A stretch of 33,505 nt of DNA from Deltaproteobacteria bacterium (GCA_021792265.1 JAJYVB010000002.1:1-33505), one strand, 5' to 3'. Positions 16,959-25,938 are shown, counted from the stretch's first letter. Program-made: numbers and translations. The notes: a model not told the origin generated them from the letters alone.

Positions 16959-18530
16959 ATGAGGGAAGCACAGGTTGAGGAGTTAACGAGGCCCGCAAAG
17001 GCACACCCCGAACGCGCGACAAAGGACGGGACAGGGAAGCGCGCCGAGCATGATCGGATTGACGATTTGCGCAGTTTCATCGCAGCTTGCGAGCGCCAAG
17101 GTGAGTTGCAACGAATTAAGGCCGAAGTCGACTGGAACATCGAACTCAGCCACGTCTCAAAAGTCAACGAAGAACAAAAGGGGCCGGCGCTCCTGTACGA
17201 GAACGTCAAAGGCTACAACATCCCCGTCCTCACCAGCGCGTTCGTCACGCCGGCACGGCTCGCGATGTGCCTGGAGCAGGACCCGTCGCTTTCGATGTGC
17301 CAGATCGCCAGAAAGTGGATGGAGTTGACCACGCGGCAGCATATCAAACCGCAACTGACGGATGACGTGCCGGTACGCGAGAACATACTCACCGGCGACC
17401 AAATCGATCTCACCCGGTTTCCGGCACCGTGGTTTTACCCTGAAGATGGAGGCCGGTATATCGGCACGGCCGTTTTTCTGGTGACCCAGGACCCAGAGAC
17501 CGGATGGACCAACCTTGGAACGTACCGGATGCAGATACTCGACCGCGACGTTTGCGGCGTGCAGATCATCAAGGGCAAGCACGCCGACTTCATGTTCAAG
17601 CAGTATGAGGCCCGCGGCGAGGTGATGCCGGTGGCTGCGGTAATCGGCTGCGACCCCGTGCTGTTTTTGGTCAGCTCGACCCTCGTAAGCGCGCAGACGG
17701 ACGAATACGACATAGCCAGCACGCTGCGTCAGCGGCCGGTCCCGATTTTTAAGTCCGATCTGACGGGGCTTAAGCTTCCGGCACGGGCTGAGATTATCCT
17801 GGAGGGCTACATCGACCCCAAAGATCTCAGGCCTGAAGGACCTTTCGGCGAGTACACTGGCTACTATTCAGGCAACGCGAACGAAGAATGGCCCAAGCCG
17901 GCGTTTAAAGTGCAGCGTATCCTGCACCGCAACAACCCAATCTTTTGGGCGACCACCGTGGGCAAGCCGGTGACGGACACGCATATGATCCAGTCGCTTA
18001 ACCGAACCGCCACTCTGTGGCATGACCTGGAGACTATGCGCGTTCCCGGAATCGAAGGTGTGTATATTCCACCCGAAGCCTGCGGACGCTTCTGGGCGAT
18101 CGTCTCGCTGCGGCAAAAGTATCCTGGGCACTCCAACCACGCAGGCAACGCCGTCATCTCCACCACCACCGGCCATTACGGCGTCAAGGGCGTGATCACC
18201 GTGGACCACGATATTGCGGCTGACGACTGGGCGCGGGTGATGTGGGCGCTGTCGACGCGATTCGATCCCAAGCGCTCGGCTCAGATCATCGACCGGGGCC
18301 GTTCCACGCCGCTTGATCCGGGTCTCCCGATCGAGGCACGGGAAATCGTAAGCCGCGTCATTCTCGACGCCTGTACTCCGTTTGAATGGACAAAGAAGCC
18401 GGTGGAGATTTTCATGGACCGGACGGTTCTCCGAAAAGTCTCGGACCGGTGGAATGAGTACGGGTTCAAGGGCGCCAGTCCGGTGGCCGAGATGATAGAC
18501 CGCCTCACGCGCCCCGAGAAAAAGAAATAA
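16959..18530 (+). CDS. UbiD-family (prFMN-dependent) decarboxylase/carboxylase, phenylphosphate carboxylase alpha/beta subunit-like
   Basis: Carries the UbiD signature PEGPFGEYTGYYSG and the start region DDLRSFIAACERQGELQRI. AGGAG lies upstream of ATG 16959. A charged ~40-aa N-terminal extension precedes the usual UbiD start. Confidence 0.8.
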   Translation: MREAQVEELTRPAKAHPERATKDGTGKRAEHDRIDDLRSFIAACERQGELQRIKAEVDWNIELSHVSKVNEEQKGPALLYENVKGYNIPVLTSAFVTPARLAMCLEQDPSLSMCQIARKWMELTTRQHIKPQLTDDVPVRENILTGDQIDLTRFPAPWFYPEDGGRYIGTAVFLVTQDPETGWTNLGTYRMQILDRDVCGVQIIKGKHADFMFKQYEARGEVMPVAAVIGCDPVLFLVSSTLVSAQTDEYDIASTLRQRPVPIFKSDLTGLKLPARAEIILEGYIDPKDLRPEGPFGEYTGYYSGNANEEWPKPAFKVQRILHRNNPIFWATTVGKPVTDTHMIQSLNRTATLWHDLETMRVPGIEGVYIPPEACGRFWAIVSLRQKYPGHSNHAGNAVISTTTGHYGVKGVITVDHDIAADDWARVMWALSTRFDPKRSAQIIDRGRSTPLDPGLPIEAREIVSRVILDACTPFEWTKKPVEIFMDRTVLRKVSDRWNEYGFKGASPVAEMIDRLTRPEKKK

Positions 18531-18621
18531 TACCCCCAACGGAGCCCCATCGGCGCTCTCCCGCCGGCGCCGAACGCGGGCAGACGCAGCCCAGACAGCA
18601 GCACGCCTGGCGGGAGTCGGC

Positions 18622-18650
18622 GCCTCGCCGCGTCCTGGACGCGGCGAGGC
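18622..18650. terminator. GC-rich hairpin, possible bidirectional terminator
   Basis: GCCTCGCCGCG(tcctgga)CGCGGCGAGGC forms an 11-13 bp perfect stem 92 nt after the UbiD-family stop. No U-tract on either strand, so intrinsic-terminator status is uncertain. Confidence 0.4.
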
Positions 18651-18824
18651 CGCCGTGCTGAGCTAAAAGCGCAAGCGCCGTCCGGGCCGGACACAGAGAG
18701 TTATTCCCGTTACCACCCGGGATATCAGTAGAGGACGTTGGATAGGGTGAAACGGTGAATCAGCGTTCATTCGCGCTTTCTCAGGCATTTTCCCTATTTT
18801 AAAGGCCGATGCTGGATTGACATT

Positions 18825-18852
18825 TGGTGGAGGGAGATTCGAACCCGCGAGC
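18825..18852 (-). other. tRNA/tmRNA-like 3'-end fragment (T-loop plus ...CTCCACCA)
   Basis: The minus strand reads GCTCGCGGGTTCGAATCTCCCTCCACCA, with a canonical GGTTCGAAT T-loop and an Ala/tmRNA-style CUCCACCA end. Only 12 nt follow the T-loop where 16 are expected, the T-stem has a mismatch, and I could not fold an upstream cloverleaf or tmRNA 5' end. Confidence 0.3.
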
Positions 18853-19590
18853 AAGTTTCGTTGCTGCCGGTTGATTAAGCGTACCCGGCACTACTGTCAC
18901 TTGCCGGCGGAAAGCCACCTGACCCGGCGGCTCTTTGCCTGCATGCCGTGGAGAATCGTGGTGCTGCCGGTATCGGCGGGACAGCCTGGGACGTTGCCAA
19001 GTTCAAGATCGAGCGGCGCACCCTTATACCATGGGTCCGCCAACGGGAAGGGATCGAAACGGGAATTCCGGTTTGATGCGGTTTGAAGTGGCCGCGCCGG
19101 CGAGCGCGTGCGCGTCACCGATTGCGAAGACCGATGACGCCGTCCTCAACGAGTGGAGCGCAGCGGGCACTTAATCGCGTGGTCGTAGCAGGTGTCGGTC
19201 CCCAGGTCTAGGATCTTCCTGGCGATCGCGCCGGGCAGCTCGCCGAGGCGGAATCTTGGCCACCAGTCGCGGCAGTAGATCACGATCGCCTCGTCGCGGC
19301 TCAGCACAGCGATATCGAGTTGGGGATACTCGCGCTTGCGCATCTCCACTTGATCTCGTCACCCGGATCGGAAGAGTTGTTCGTATATCTGCCTTCATCG
19401 CGCAAAATGCGGTCGGCCGCGTCAAGGAATCCTCGTGGCATCTGATCGCAGGCTACGGGCATCCCCATATGCCATAGTAGTGCCAATCGGCTACGCGCTT
19501 AGCGGCCGGGCGAGTAAGATGGGAAAGACTTCGAGGCAGAGGAACCAGTAATTGCAACGGGGCGCCTGAAGCGGAGGGAAACGGAAGGTC

Positions 19591-21063
19591 ATGGTAGGAA
19601 TTGCTTCTTTTGGCGGCTACGTTCCGAGGCTGCGACTTGAGCGCAAGGCTTGCGTGGAGGCAAACGCGTGGTTCAACCCCGCTCTGCGGGCCTACGCAAA
19701 GGGCGAGCGCTCGATGGCAAACTGGGATGAGGACAGTCTTACCATGGCCGTCGCCGCGGCCCGGGATGTCCCCGGTATCGAGCGATCCGCCGAACTGTCC
19801 GCGGCGTTCGTTGCTTCGACGACGATGCCGTTTGCGGATCGCCAGAACGCCGGTGTGCTGGCAACCGCCTTGAATCTGGACGAAAGTCTGTCAACGCTGG
19901 ATGTAACCGGCTCCCAAAGATGCGCGACCAGCGGCCTGATCCAAGCTCTGCACGGGCTTGCCCCCGGCAACGGCAGGACCTTGTTCGTTGCCTCCGAGCA
20001 GCGTCGGACCAAGGCGGCCAGTCCGCTCGAGCTTCTAGCGGGCGACGGAGCTGCGGCTCTTGTACTGAGCAGAGAAGAGATTATCGCCGAATTCGTGGGA
20101 AGCTACCAGTTGGCCGCGGACTTTGTGGATCATTACCGTAGCGCGCAGGACACCTTTGATTATTCGTGGGAAGAGCGCTGGATCCGCGACGAAGGTTACC
20201 TGCAGATCGTGCCGCGCGCCATCAAGACCCTGTTGGAGCGCCTTGAGGTGCCCGCTTCGCGGATAGGGCACTTCATTCTTCCGTCGCCGTTTCCGAAGCT
20301 GGCGCAGCGGATTGCCAAGACGGTCGGGATTCCTGAAAACGCGGCCGCCGACAATCTGGACGGAATGATCGGAGATACCGGCGCGGCGCACAGCCTGCTT
20401 CTCCTGGCGTATGTACTCGGGCAGGCTCGCCCGGAAGAGTACATTCTTGTAGCCGGATTTGGGCAGGGATGCGATGCGCTGCTGTTCCGCACTACGGAAC
20501 GGCTGGCCGGCTTCTCTCCCCGCCGGGGCATCAAGGGGTACTTGGAGCGCCGTCGGCCTGAAAGCAATTACAACCGCTTCCTGGCCTTTCGCAACCTCGT
20601 CGAAAGAGAGAAGGGCATCCGGGCCGAGGCTGACATCCGAGCTCCCTTGAGCACGCTCTACCGCAACCGCCGCATGGCCATGGCTTTAGTGGGCGGCCAA
20701 TGTCGCCGGTGCGGCACGCCGCAGTTTCCAAAAGGGCACGTTTGCGTGGATCCCAAATGCGGCGCGTTGGATAGCCAGGAAGATTACTGCTTTGCCGGCC
20801 GCACCGCTCGTATCCAGAGCTGGACGGCGGACCGGCTGACCTATTCACCCGACCCGCCAACCTATTTCGGCATGGTCGTCTTCGAGCAAGGAGGTCGCCT
20901 GATGGCCGACTTCACGGACGTCGACGCGTCGGCGATCCGCGTGGGAATGTCGGTAGATATGGTGTTTCGGGTCAAGCACTACGACGAGCTTCGACATTTT
21001 CCGAAATACTTTTGGAAAGCCGCACCCGACGCGGCCAGCGATTCCACCGGGCAGAAAAACTAG
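19591..21063 (+). CDS. HMG-CoA synthase/KAS-III-like condensing-enzyme domain fused to a C-terminal DUF35 OB-fold/zinc-ribbon domain
   Basis: The N-terminus VGIASFGGYVPRLRL ... NWDEDSLTMAVAAARD is typical of archaeal-type HMGCS-family proteins, with a candidate nucleophile in SQRCATSG. The C-terminus has CRRCGTPQFPKGHVCVDPKCG followed by an OB-fold-like region (MVVFEQGGRLMADFTDV), typical of DUF35. Confidence 0.75.
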   Translation: MVGIASFGGYVPRLRLERKACVEANAWFNPALRAYAKGERSMANWDEDSLTMAVAAARDVPGIERSAELSAAFVASTTMPFADRQNAGVLATALNLDESLSTLDVTGSQRCATSGLIQALHGLAPGNGRTLFVASEQRRTKAASPLELLAGDGAAALVLSREEIIAEFVGSYQLAADFVDHYRSAQDTFDYSWEERWIRDEGYLQIVPRAIKTLLERLEVPASRIGHFILPSPFPKLAQRIAKTVGIPENAAADNLDGMIGDTGAAHSLLLLAYVLGQARPEEYILVAGFGQGCDALLFRTTERLAGFSPRRGIKGYLERRRPESNYNRFLAFRNLVEREKGIRAEADIRAPLSTLYRNRRMAMALVGGQCRRCGTPQFPKGHVCVDPKCGALDSQEDYCFAGRTARIQSWTADRLTYSPDPPTYFGMVVFEQGGRLMADFTDVDASAIRVGMSVDMVFRVKHYDELRHFPKYFWKAAPDAASDSTGQKN

Positions 21064-21093
21064 TGGACCGAATAGGCAACGGAGAGTGCTGAT

Positions 21094-22296
21094 ATGGCGC
21101 GAGGAATCAAAGACAAGGTAGTGATTCTTGGAATGGGATGCTCCCGATTCGGAGAGCGCTGGGATTGCAATGCGGAAGACCTCGTAGTCGAGGCAGCCGA
21201 GGAGTGTTTCGCCGATGCCGGAGTCGGTCGCGAGCAGATCGACGCGGCCTGGTTTTCCACCGCCATCGAGGAGCAGCACGTGGGCAAATCCGGAGTTCCC
21301 CTGGCTTTCACGCTGCGCCTGCCGTTCATTCCCGTGACCCGGGTTGAAAACTTCTGCGCCTCGGGAACTGAAGCCTTTCGAGGGGCAGTGTATGCGGTTG
21401 CGGCCGGAGCCGCGGATCTCGCCCTGGCCGTCGGAGTCGAGAAGCTCAAGGACACCGGCTACGGCGGGCTTCCGCAGCGCAGCCGCGGCCCTTTGAACGA
21501 CATGTATTGGGCCAACGCCTCCGCTCCTGGGGCCTTCGCGCAGCTTGCCACCGCTTATCAGGCCAAGCACGGACTTGAGATGGAGGTTCTCAAGCGTGCG
21601 ATGGCGCAGGTTTCGGTCAAGAGCCATGAAAACGGCTCGCGCAATCCCAAGGCGCACCTGCGCAACCGGATCGATATCGACACCGTCCTGAGAGCTCCGG
21701 TGATTGCCGAGCCTCTGGGGCTTTATGACTGTTGTGGAGTTTCGGACGGAGCCGCGGCAGCGATCGTAACCAGACCGGAAATCGCTCGGGAGCTTGGCAA
21801 GAAAGATCTCGTCACCGTCAAGGCGCTCCAGCTCTCGGTTTCCAACGGCTTTGAAGCGAGCTTCAACAGTTGGGATGGAAGCCATTTCGTGACCAACCGG
21901 ACGGCTGCTCGCAGGGCGTACGAAGAGGCCGGCATCCGCGATCCCCGAGCCGAGATCAGCATGCTCGAGGCGCATGACTGCTTCTCTATCACGGAACTCG
22001 TGACGTTAGAGGATCTCAGGCTCTCCGAAGAAGGCCATGCCTGGCGGGATATCCTGGACGGATTTTACAACGCGCAGGGCAAGATCCCGTGCCAGATCGA
22101 CGGTGGCCTCAAGTGCTTCGGACATCCTATTGGGGCCTCGGGACTGCGGATGCTCTACGAGATGTATCTGCAGCTTCTAGGACGCGCTGCAGAGCGGCAA
22201 CTACCCGATCCACGGCTTGGCCTGACGCACAACCTCGGCGGCTTCCCGCACCAGAACGTGGTGAGCGTGGCCATCATCGGCCGCCTAGGAGCGTGA
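21094..22296 (+). CDS. thiolase-superfamily protein, SCP-x/non-specific lipid-transfer-type thiolase
   Basis: VVILGMGCSRFGER, the nucleophile block VENFCASGTEA, CFGHPIGASGLRM and HNLGG. GGAGAG lies 8 nt upstream of the ATG, 30 nt after the fusion gene. Confidence 0.8.
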   Translation: MARGIKDKVVILGMGCSRFGERWDCNAEDLVVEAAEECFADAGVGREQIDAAWFSTAIEEQHVGKSGVPLAFTLRLPFIPVTRVENFCASGTEAFRGAVYAVAAGAADLALAVGVEKLKDTGYGGLPQRSRGPLNDMYWANASAPGAFAQLATAYQAKHGLEMEVLKRAMAQVSVKSHENGSRNPKAHLRNRIDIDTVLRAPVIAEPLGLYDCCGVSDGAAAAIVTRPEIARELGKKDLVTVKALQLSVSNGFEASFNSWDGSHFVTNRTAARRAYEEAGIRDPRAEISMLEAHDCFSITELVTLEDLRLSEEGHAWRDILDGFYNAQGKIPCQIDGGLKCFGHPIGASGLRMLYEMYLQLLGRAAERQLPDPRLGLTHNLGGFPHQNVVSVAIIGRLGA

Positions 22297-23167
22297 CGCC
22301 GCTGCGCCGCAAGGCTTTCGGCTGGAAAGCGGGTGCGCTGCCGCGCTCCGATGGCGGTTGGGGCATTACGCGATAGGACGGCGAACAGCGCTACCGGGTG
22401 GCCATCTCAGCGGCCCGCGCGCCGCGCACGTCCTATCTCTGGCTGGGGTTCGCCGTCCGACCCGCCTCTGACGGGCCGCGCCTTCAGCCCCAAGGACCGC
22501 TGGGTTTGAGTGGACGAGCCCGACAAAAGCGCCATAGCCGACCATGGCGATTTTCTCGCGATCAACTATTTAACCCGAGATGGATGTCGAGAAGGTCCGA
22601 TCCACATACGCCGAATGCAGTCGAAAATCGCAGGGGAAGTGAGCTCGCGGAGTTACACGGCCTACTCGATGAGGTCGCGCAACTGGGTGGATTGCGAATG
22701 CTGATCGAGGTGCCGAGGGCCGATGCCGACGATTACGTCCAACGCCGTCGCTAAAAGCCGTTACACCGACTTGCAGACCCTCGACAAATCCCCATTTCCT
22801 GTCCCCGCGTCGAGCGCTACAAAGTCGATCGGATCAAATCGATTGCCGCACCCAGGTAGCCAGGCGACAGCTAGAAACCGCTACGCCGTTTCAAACATCC
22901 TGGTCCCCGGTTGGCAGGTTAGCCTTCGTGATATGCGTTGGATGGTGTAGCGAAGTGTGTCCATTCGATACACAGGCGGTGCGTCCGATTGGCGCAACTT
23001 GCGGCGTTTTGTGAGTCGACAACTCGATCTTCGTTGAGAGAAGCTCAGGACCTTAATGAGTTTCCGAGTTCGAAGCCCGATTGTCGGCAGCGACTTGCCT
23101 CAACAACTGGCCTAAGCGGGGCGAGTATGCGAGGCAAGCGCACAGGCTTCGTCCCAAATCGGATTCA

Positions 23168-23183
23168 GGGCATGGTTTCTGCT
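23168..23183 (+). promoter_or_regulatory. sigma-54-like -24/-12 box upstream of the Mo/W oxidoreductase operon
   Basis: GGGCATGGTTTCTGCT has GG at 23169-23170 and GC at 23181-23182 in the canonical register. It lies 54 nt upstream of ATG 23237. Confidence 0.5.
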
Positions 23184-23236
23184 AGTCGGAAATTGGGGCC
23201 TCAAACAGCGTCACTTAAGCGGGAAGACTAATCGGC

Positions 23237-25807
23237 ATGACCGCGACAAATTCAGGGTCGAAAGCACTGGACCGCGGACGATGGATTACCAGCACCTGCG
23301 GCATGTGCCTGCACGGGTGCGGCATTCGCGTTTTGGTAGTCGACGGTGTGGCGAGCACAATCGAGGGCGACCCGACCAACCCGGATAACCTTGGCAAGTT
23401 GTGTCCGAAAGGCAATTCGGGAATCGCCCGACTGTACGATTCGAGCCGAGTCCTCCGCCCGCTAAAGCGAACCAATCCCAATAAGGGGCCTGGCGAGGAC
23501 CCAAAATGGGTAGAGATCGGGTGGGACGAAGCCTACGAGATTGTCACGCGCGAACTCGGCAAAATTCATATGACCGACCCTCGCAAACTCCTGTGCGCAT
23601 TCGGCGATTTCCAGCGCATCGTGCTTTGGGGATGGCCGGCCGCTTTCGGCTCACCGAATTTTTTCACGTCGCTGGGCAATTATTGCGGCGGCTCTTACCA
23701 TCCAGTCAACGGCAGCGTCGATGGCTCGTTCGCTTCGATAAATGACTACAAATACTGCAATTACTGGATTCAGATCGGATCCGGGGATGGCTTTTCGTCG
23801 CACTTGCACCTTTCGGGCAGTGCGAAGCGGATGGCCGACGCGCGTATGCGCGGAATGAAGCTGGTCTCGATCGACCCGCGATGCTCGGTGGCGGGGGCGA
23901 AGGCCGATGAGTGGATCCCGATAGTGCCAGGTACGGACCGCGCCTTCGTGCTCGGGATGGCGCACGTGCTGGTGCATGAACTGGGCATTTATGATCGAGA
24001 ATTTTTGCGCGACCGCACCAACGCTCCCTATCTCGTCGGCCCGGACGGCCTCTTCTATCGCGACGATGACGGAAGAGCCCAGGTCTGGGACCTTCAAGCC
24101 AAGGCGCCGCGCCCGTGGAACGAAGTTCCTGCCGAAAATGTAGCGCTGGAAGGGGCTTTCCCCGTCAACGGCTGGTCGGTTTCGACCGGATTCCAGGTGT
24201 GGAAGGATCTTCTCGCCGATCACACGCCGGAGCGGATGTCGGAGGTAACCACGGTACCGGCCGCTACGATTCGGCGGATTGCACAGGAGTTTGTGGAGGC
24301 AGCGAAGATCGGATCGAGCATCGAAATCGAAGGCCAAACCTACCCGTTTCGTCCCGCAGCGTTGAATTACTACCGCGGCTCGCAGTCACACGCCAACGGC
24401 CTGTTCGATAATATGACTTACAAGCTTTTCAACATGCTGGTTGGCAACATCGACGTGCCGGGAGGCCATCTGGGCGTACCGCTCGACCATCGCGGCTTCT
24501 TCATCAGCCCCGGTGAAGACGGCATGCTCAAGCCCGAGCCTCACCAGCTGCATCCACCGCCGCCTTTCAAATATCCGCCCGATTCCACTCATTTAATGGA
24601 GTTTTTTCCGATTGGCTTCGATGCCGGCCAGTTGAATACGGAAACGATCCTTGAGCCGGAGCGTTTCGGCCTCAACTACCGTCCCGAAGCGCTGCTCATG
24701 TATCACTCCAACCCCGTGTGGAACCTGCCGGAAACCGACAAGGTGGAGAAGATCCTGCGCCAGATGAAGTTCATCGTGGCGATCGATATTCAGCATACCG
24801 AGTCAACGCGCTGGGCGGACGTTTTCCTGCCGGCGCGCACCTATCTGGAATCGACCTTGTTGAACTGTCTCGAGGCTCCTGTGGTCACCGGCCACTCGAT
24901 GCGGCAACCGGTTGTGAACCCTATCGGCGACACCAAGGACGCCTACGAAATTCTGACTGACCTTGCAGAGCACCTGGGTTTCCTCGAGGTCTGGAACAGC
25001 GTGCTCAATCTGGTTTGCGGATTTACCGCCAAGCCGCAATACCTGCTCGATGCTGCTAAACATTACTCGGTTGAAGAGTTCTGGGATTGTTATGCGCGCT
25101 CAGTGTACGGCGAGGAGCGCAATCTCACGTGGTTCAAGGAGCATGGGCATGCGGTTCGCTATCGCAACGCGCAGGAGACCTACCAGCCGTACGGAAAGCT
25201 GCGCATGCCGTTTTACTTCGAGTTCGTAAAGCGCACCGGCGCGGAGTTGCGGCGCAAGCTCGCCGCGGCAAACGTGACTAACTGGCCCTTCGACAATTAC
25301 CAGCCCCTGCCCTTCTGGAAACCTTCACCGGTTATTGAAGACGGCAAACGCGGCTACGACTTTTACGCAATCACTTATAAGGAGTCCCTGCATACCTTCG
25401 CAGATACGGTGGTGTTGTCCTGGCTGACCGAGGTCAGCGAGAAGGATCCCGTCCATCAGGGAATCCTGATCAACGGAGCCACTGCGCGCAACCTCGGCAT
25501 CGCAACCGGCGACAGGATTCGCCTCACATCGCCAGCCGGGAGTATCGAGGGCGCCGCCGTGTGCGTCGAGAGCATTCATCCTCAAGTGCTCGCGGTGGGC
25601 AACGCGACCTCGCGCGAGTTCGTTAGCAACCCGCGGGTGCAAATGAAAGGCAGTCCCTTTAACCGGCTGCTGACCGGTTCGCTGCAATATTCGGATGGCG
25701 CCACCGGGGGTCTGGAATCGACAGCTCGCGTGCGTGTAACGAAAGTTCGCGCCGGAGGAACAGAGAATCAGTCCGTATCGCGGTCCGAAGCGCCAAACAG
25801 AAGCTGA
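23237..25807 (+). CDS. Mo/W-bis(pyranopterin guanine dinucleotide) oxidoreductase catalytic subunit (DMSO-reductase superfamily, Psr/Phs-like architecture), no Tat leader
   Basis: The N-terminal [4Fe-4S] motif C-x2-C-x3-C-x27-C (CGMCLHGCG ... LCPKG, 23297-23404) begins at residue 21. No earlier start codon of any type exists in frame. 856 aa. A candidate Mo-ligand Cys sits in LGNYCGGSYH. Confidence 0.8.
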   Translation: MTATNSGSKALDRGRWITSTCGMCLHGCGIRVLVVDGVASTIEGDPTNPDNLGKLCPKGNSGIARLYDSSRVLRPLKRTNPNKGPGEDPKWVEIGWDEAYEIVTRELGKIHMTDPRKLLCAFGDFQRIVLWGWPAAFGSPNFFTSLGNYCGGSYHPVNGSVDGSFASINDYKYCNYWIQIGSGDGFSSHLHLSGSAKRMADARMRGMKLVSIDPRCSVAGAKADEWIPIVPGTDRAFVLGMAHVLVHELGIYDREFLRDRTNAPYLVGPDGLFYRDDDGRAQVWDLQAKAPRPWNEVPAENVALEGAFPVNGWSVSTGFQVWKDLLADHTPERMSEVTTVPAATIRRIAQEFVEAAKIGSSIEIEGQTYPFRPAALNYYRGSQSHANGLFDNMTYKLFNMLVGNIDVPGGHLGVPLDHRGFFISPGEDGMLKPEPHQLHPPPPFKYPPDSTHLMEFFPIGFDAGQLNTETILEPERFGLNYRPEALLMYHSNPVWNLPETDKVEKILRQMKFIVAIDIQHTESTRWADVFLPARTYLESTLLNCLEAPVVTGHSMRQPVVNPIGDTKDAYEILTDLAEHLGFLEVWNSVLNLVCGFTAKPQYLLDAAKHYSVEEFWDCYARSVYGEERNLTWFKEHGHAVRYRNAQETYQPYGKLRMPFYFEFVKRTGAELRRKLAAANVTNWPFDNYQPLPFWKPSPVIEDGKRGYDFYAITYKESLHTFADTVVLSWLTEVSEKDPVHQGILINGATARNLGIATGDRIRLTSPAGSIEGAAVCVESIHPQVLAVGNATSREFVSNPRVQMKGSPFNRLLTGSLQYSDGATGGLESTARVRVTKVRAGGTENQSVSRSEAPNRS

Positions 25808-25938
25808 CCATTTAGACTCATGAGCCATGAGTTGAAAATCCACTGGATAAATGGCCGTTCGTCAGTGTTCTTATCAAGAAAGATAATAATCGTTTGCCCA
25901 CTGACGGGCGACAATTTTGACCGGGGAAAGAGAGTACT

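Noticed and set aside
18825-19210. Complete tmRNA (ssrA) or class-II tRNA gene on the minus strand
   Set aside because: No 5' acceptor strand complementary to the TCCCTCC 3' strand is present. There is no GGGG...TTCGAC-type tmRNA 5' end and no tag-like reading frame ending in AA-stop. The anticodon-arm candidates do not pair, and the T-arm is 4 nt short. A permuted two-piece tmRNA also failed the acceptor-pairing test. Only a fragment is supportable.
19146-19343. Small minus-strand ORF (65 aa) as a real gene
   Set aside because: The SD spacing is poor, no family is recognised, and it may be the 3' half of a frameshifted gene. Mentioned under the spacer finding rather than called as a feature.
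19541-19556. Sigma-54-like GGAACCAGTAATTGCA upstream of the HMGCS-like gene
   Set aside because: Spacing is one nt too long and the -24 half is weak (GGAACC). Kept only as a near miss.
20845-21975. Long antisense ORFs (e.g. 20845-21975, 9834-10667, 23651-24337, 1740-2297, 17868-18539)
   Set aside because: Each lies opposite a gene with clear family motifs. Their translations are Arg/Pro/Gly-rich with no motifs, as expected for shadow ORFs in GC-rich DNA.
22988-23002. TTGGCGCAACTTGCG in the 0.94-kb spacer
   Set aside because: GG-to-GC spacing is two nt too short for a -24/-12 promoter.
23237-25807. Selenocysteine recoding or an upstream in-frame extension supplying a Tat leader for the Mo/W subunit
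   Set aside because: The reading frame is continuous with no internal TGA. The ORF track, which accepts alternative starts, finds no earlier start codon.
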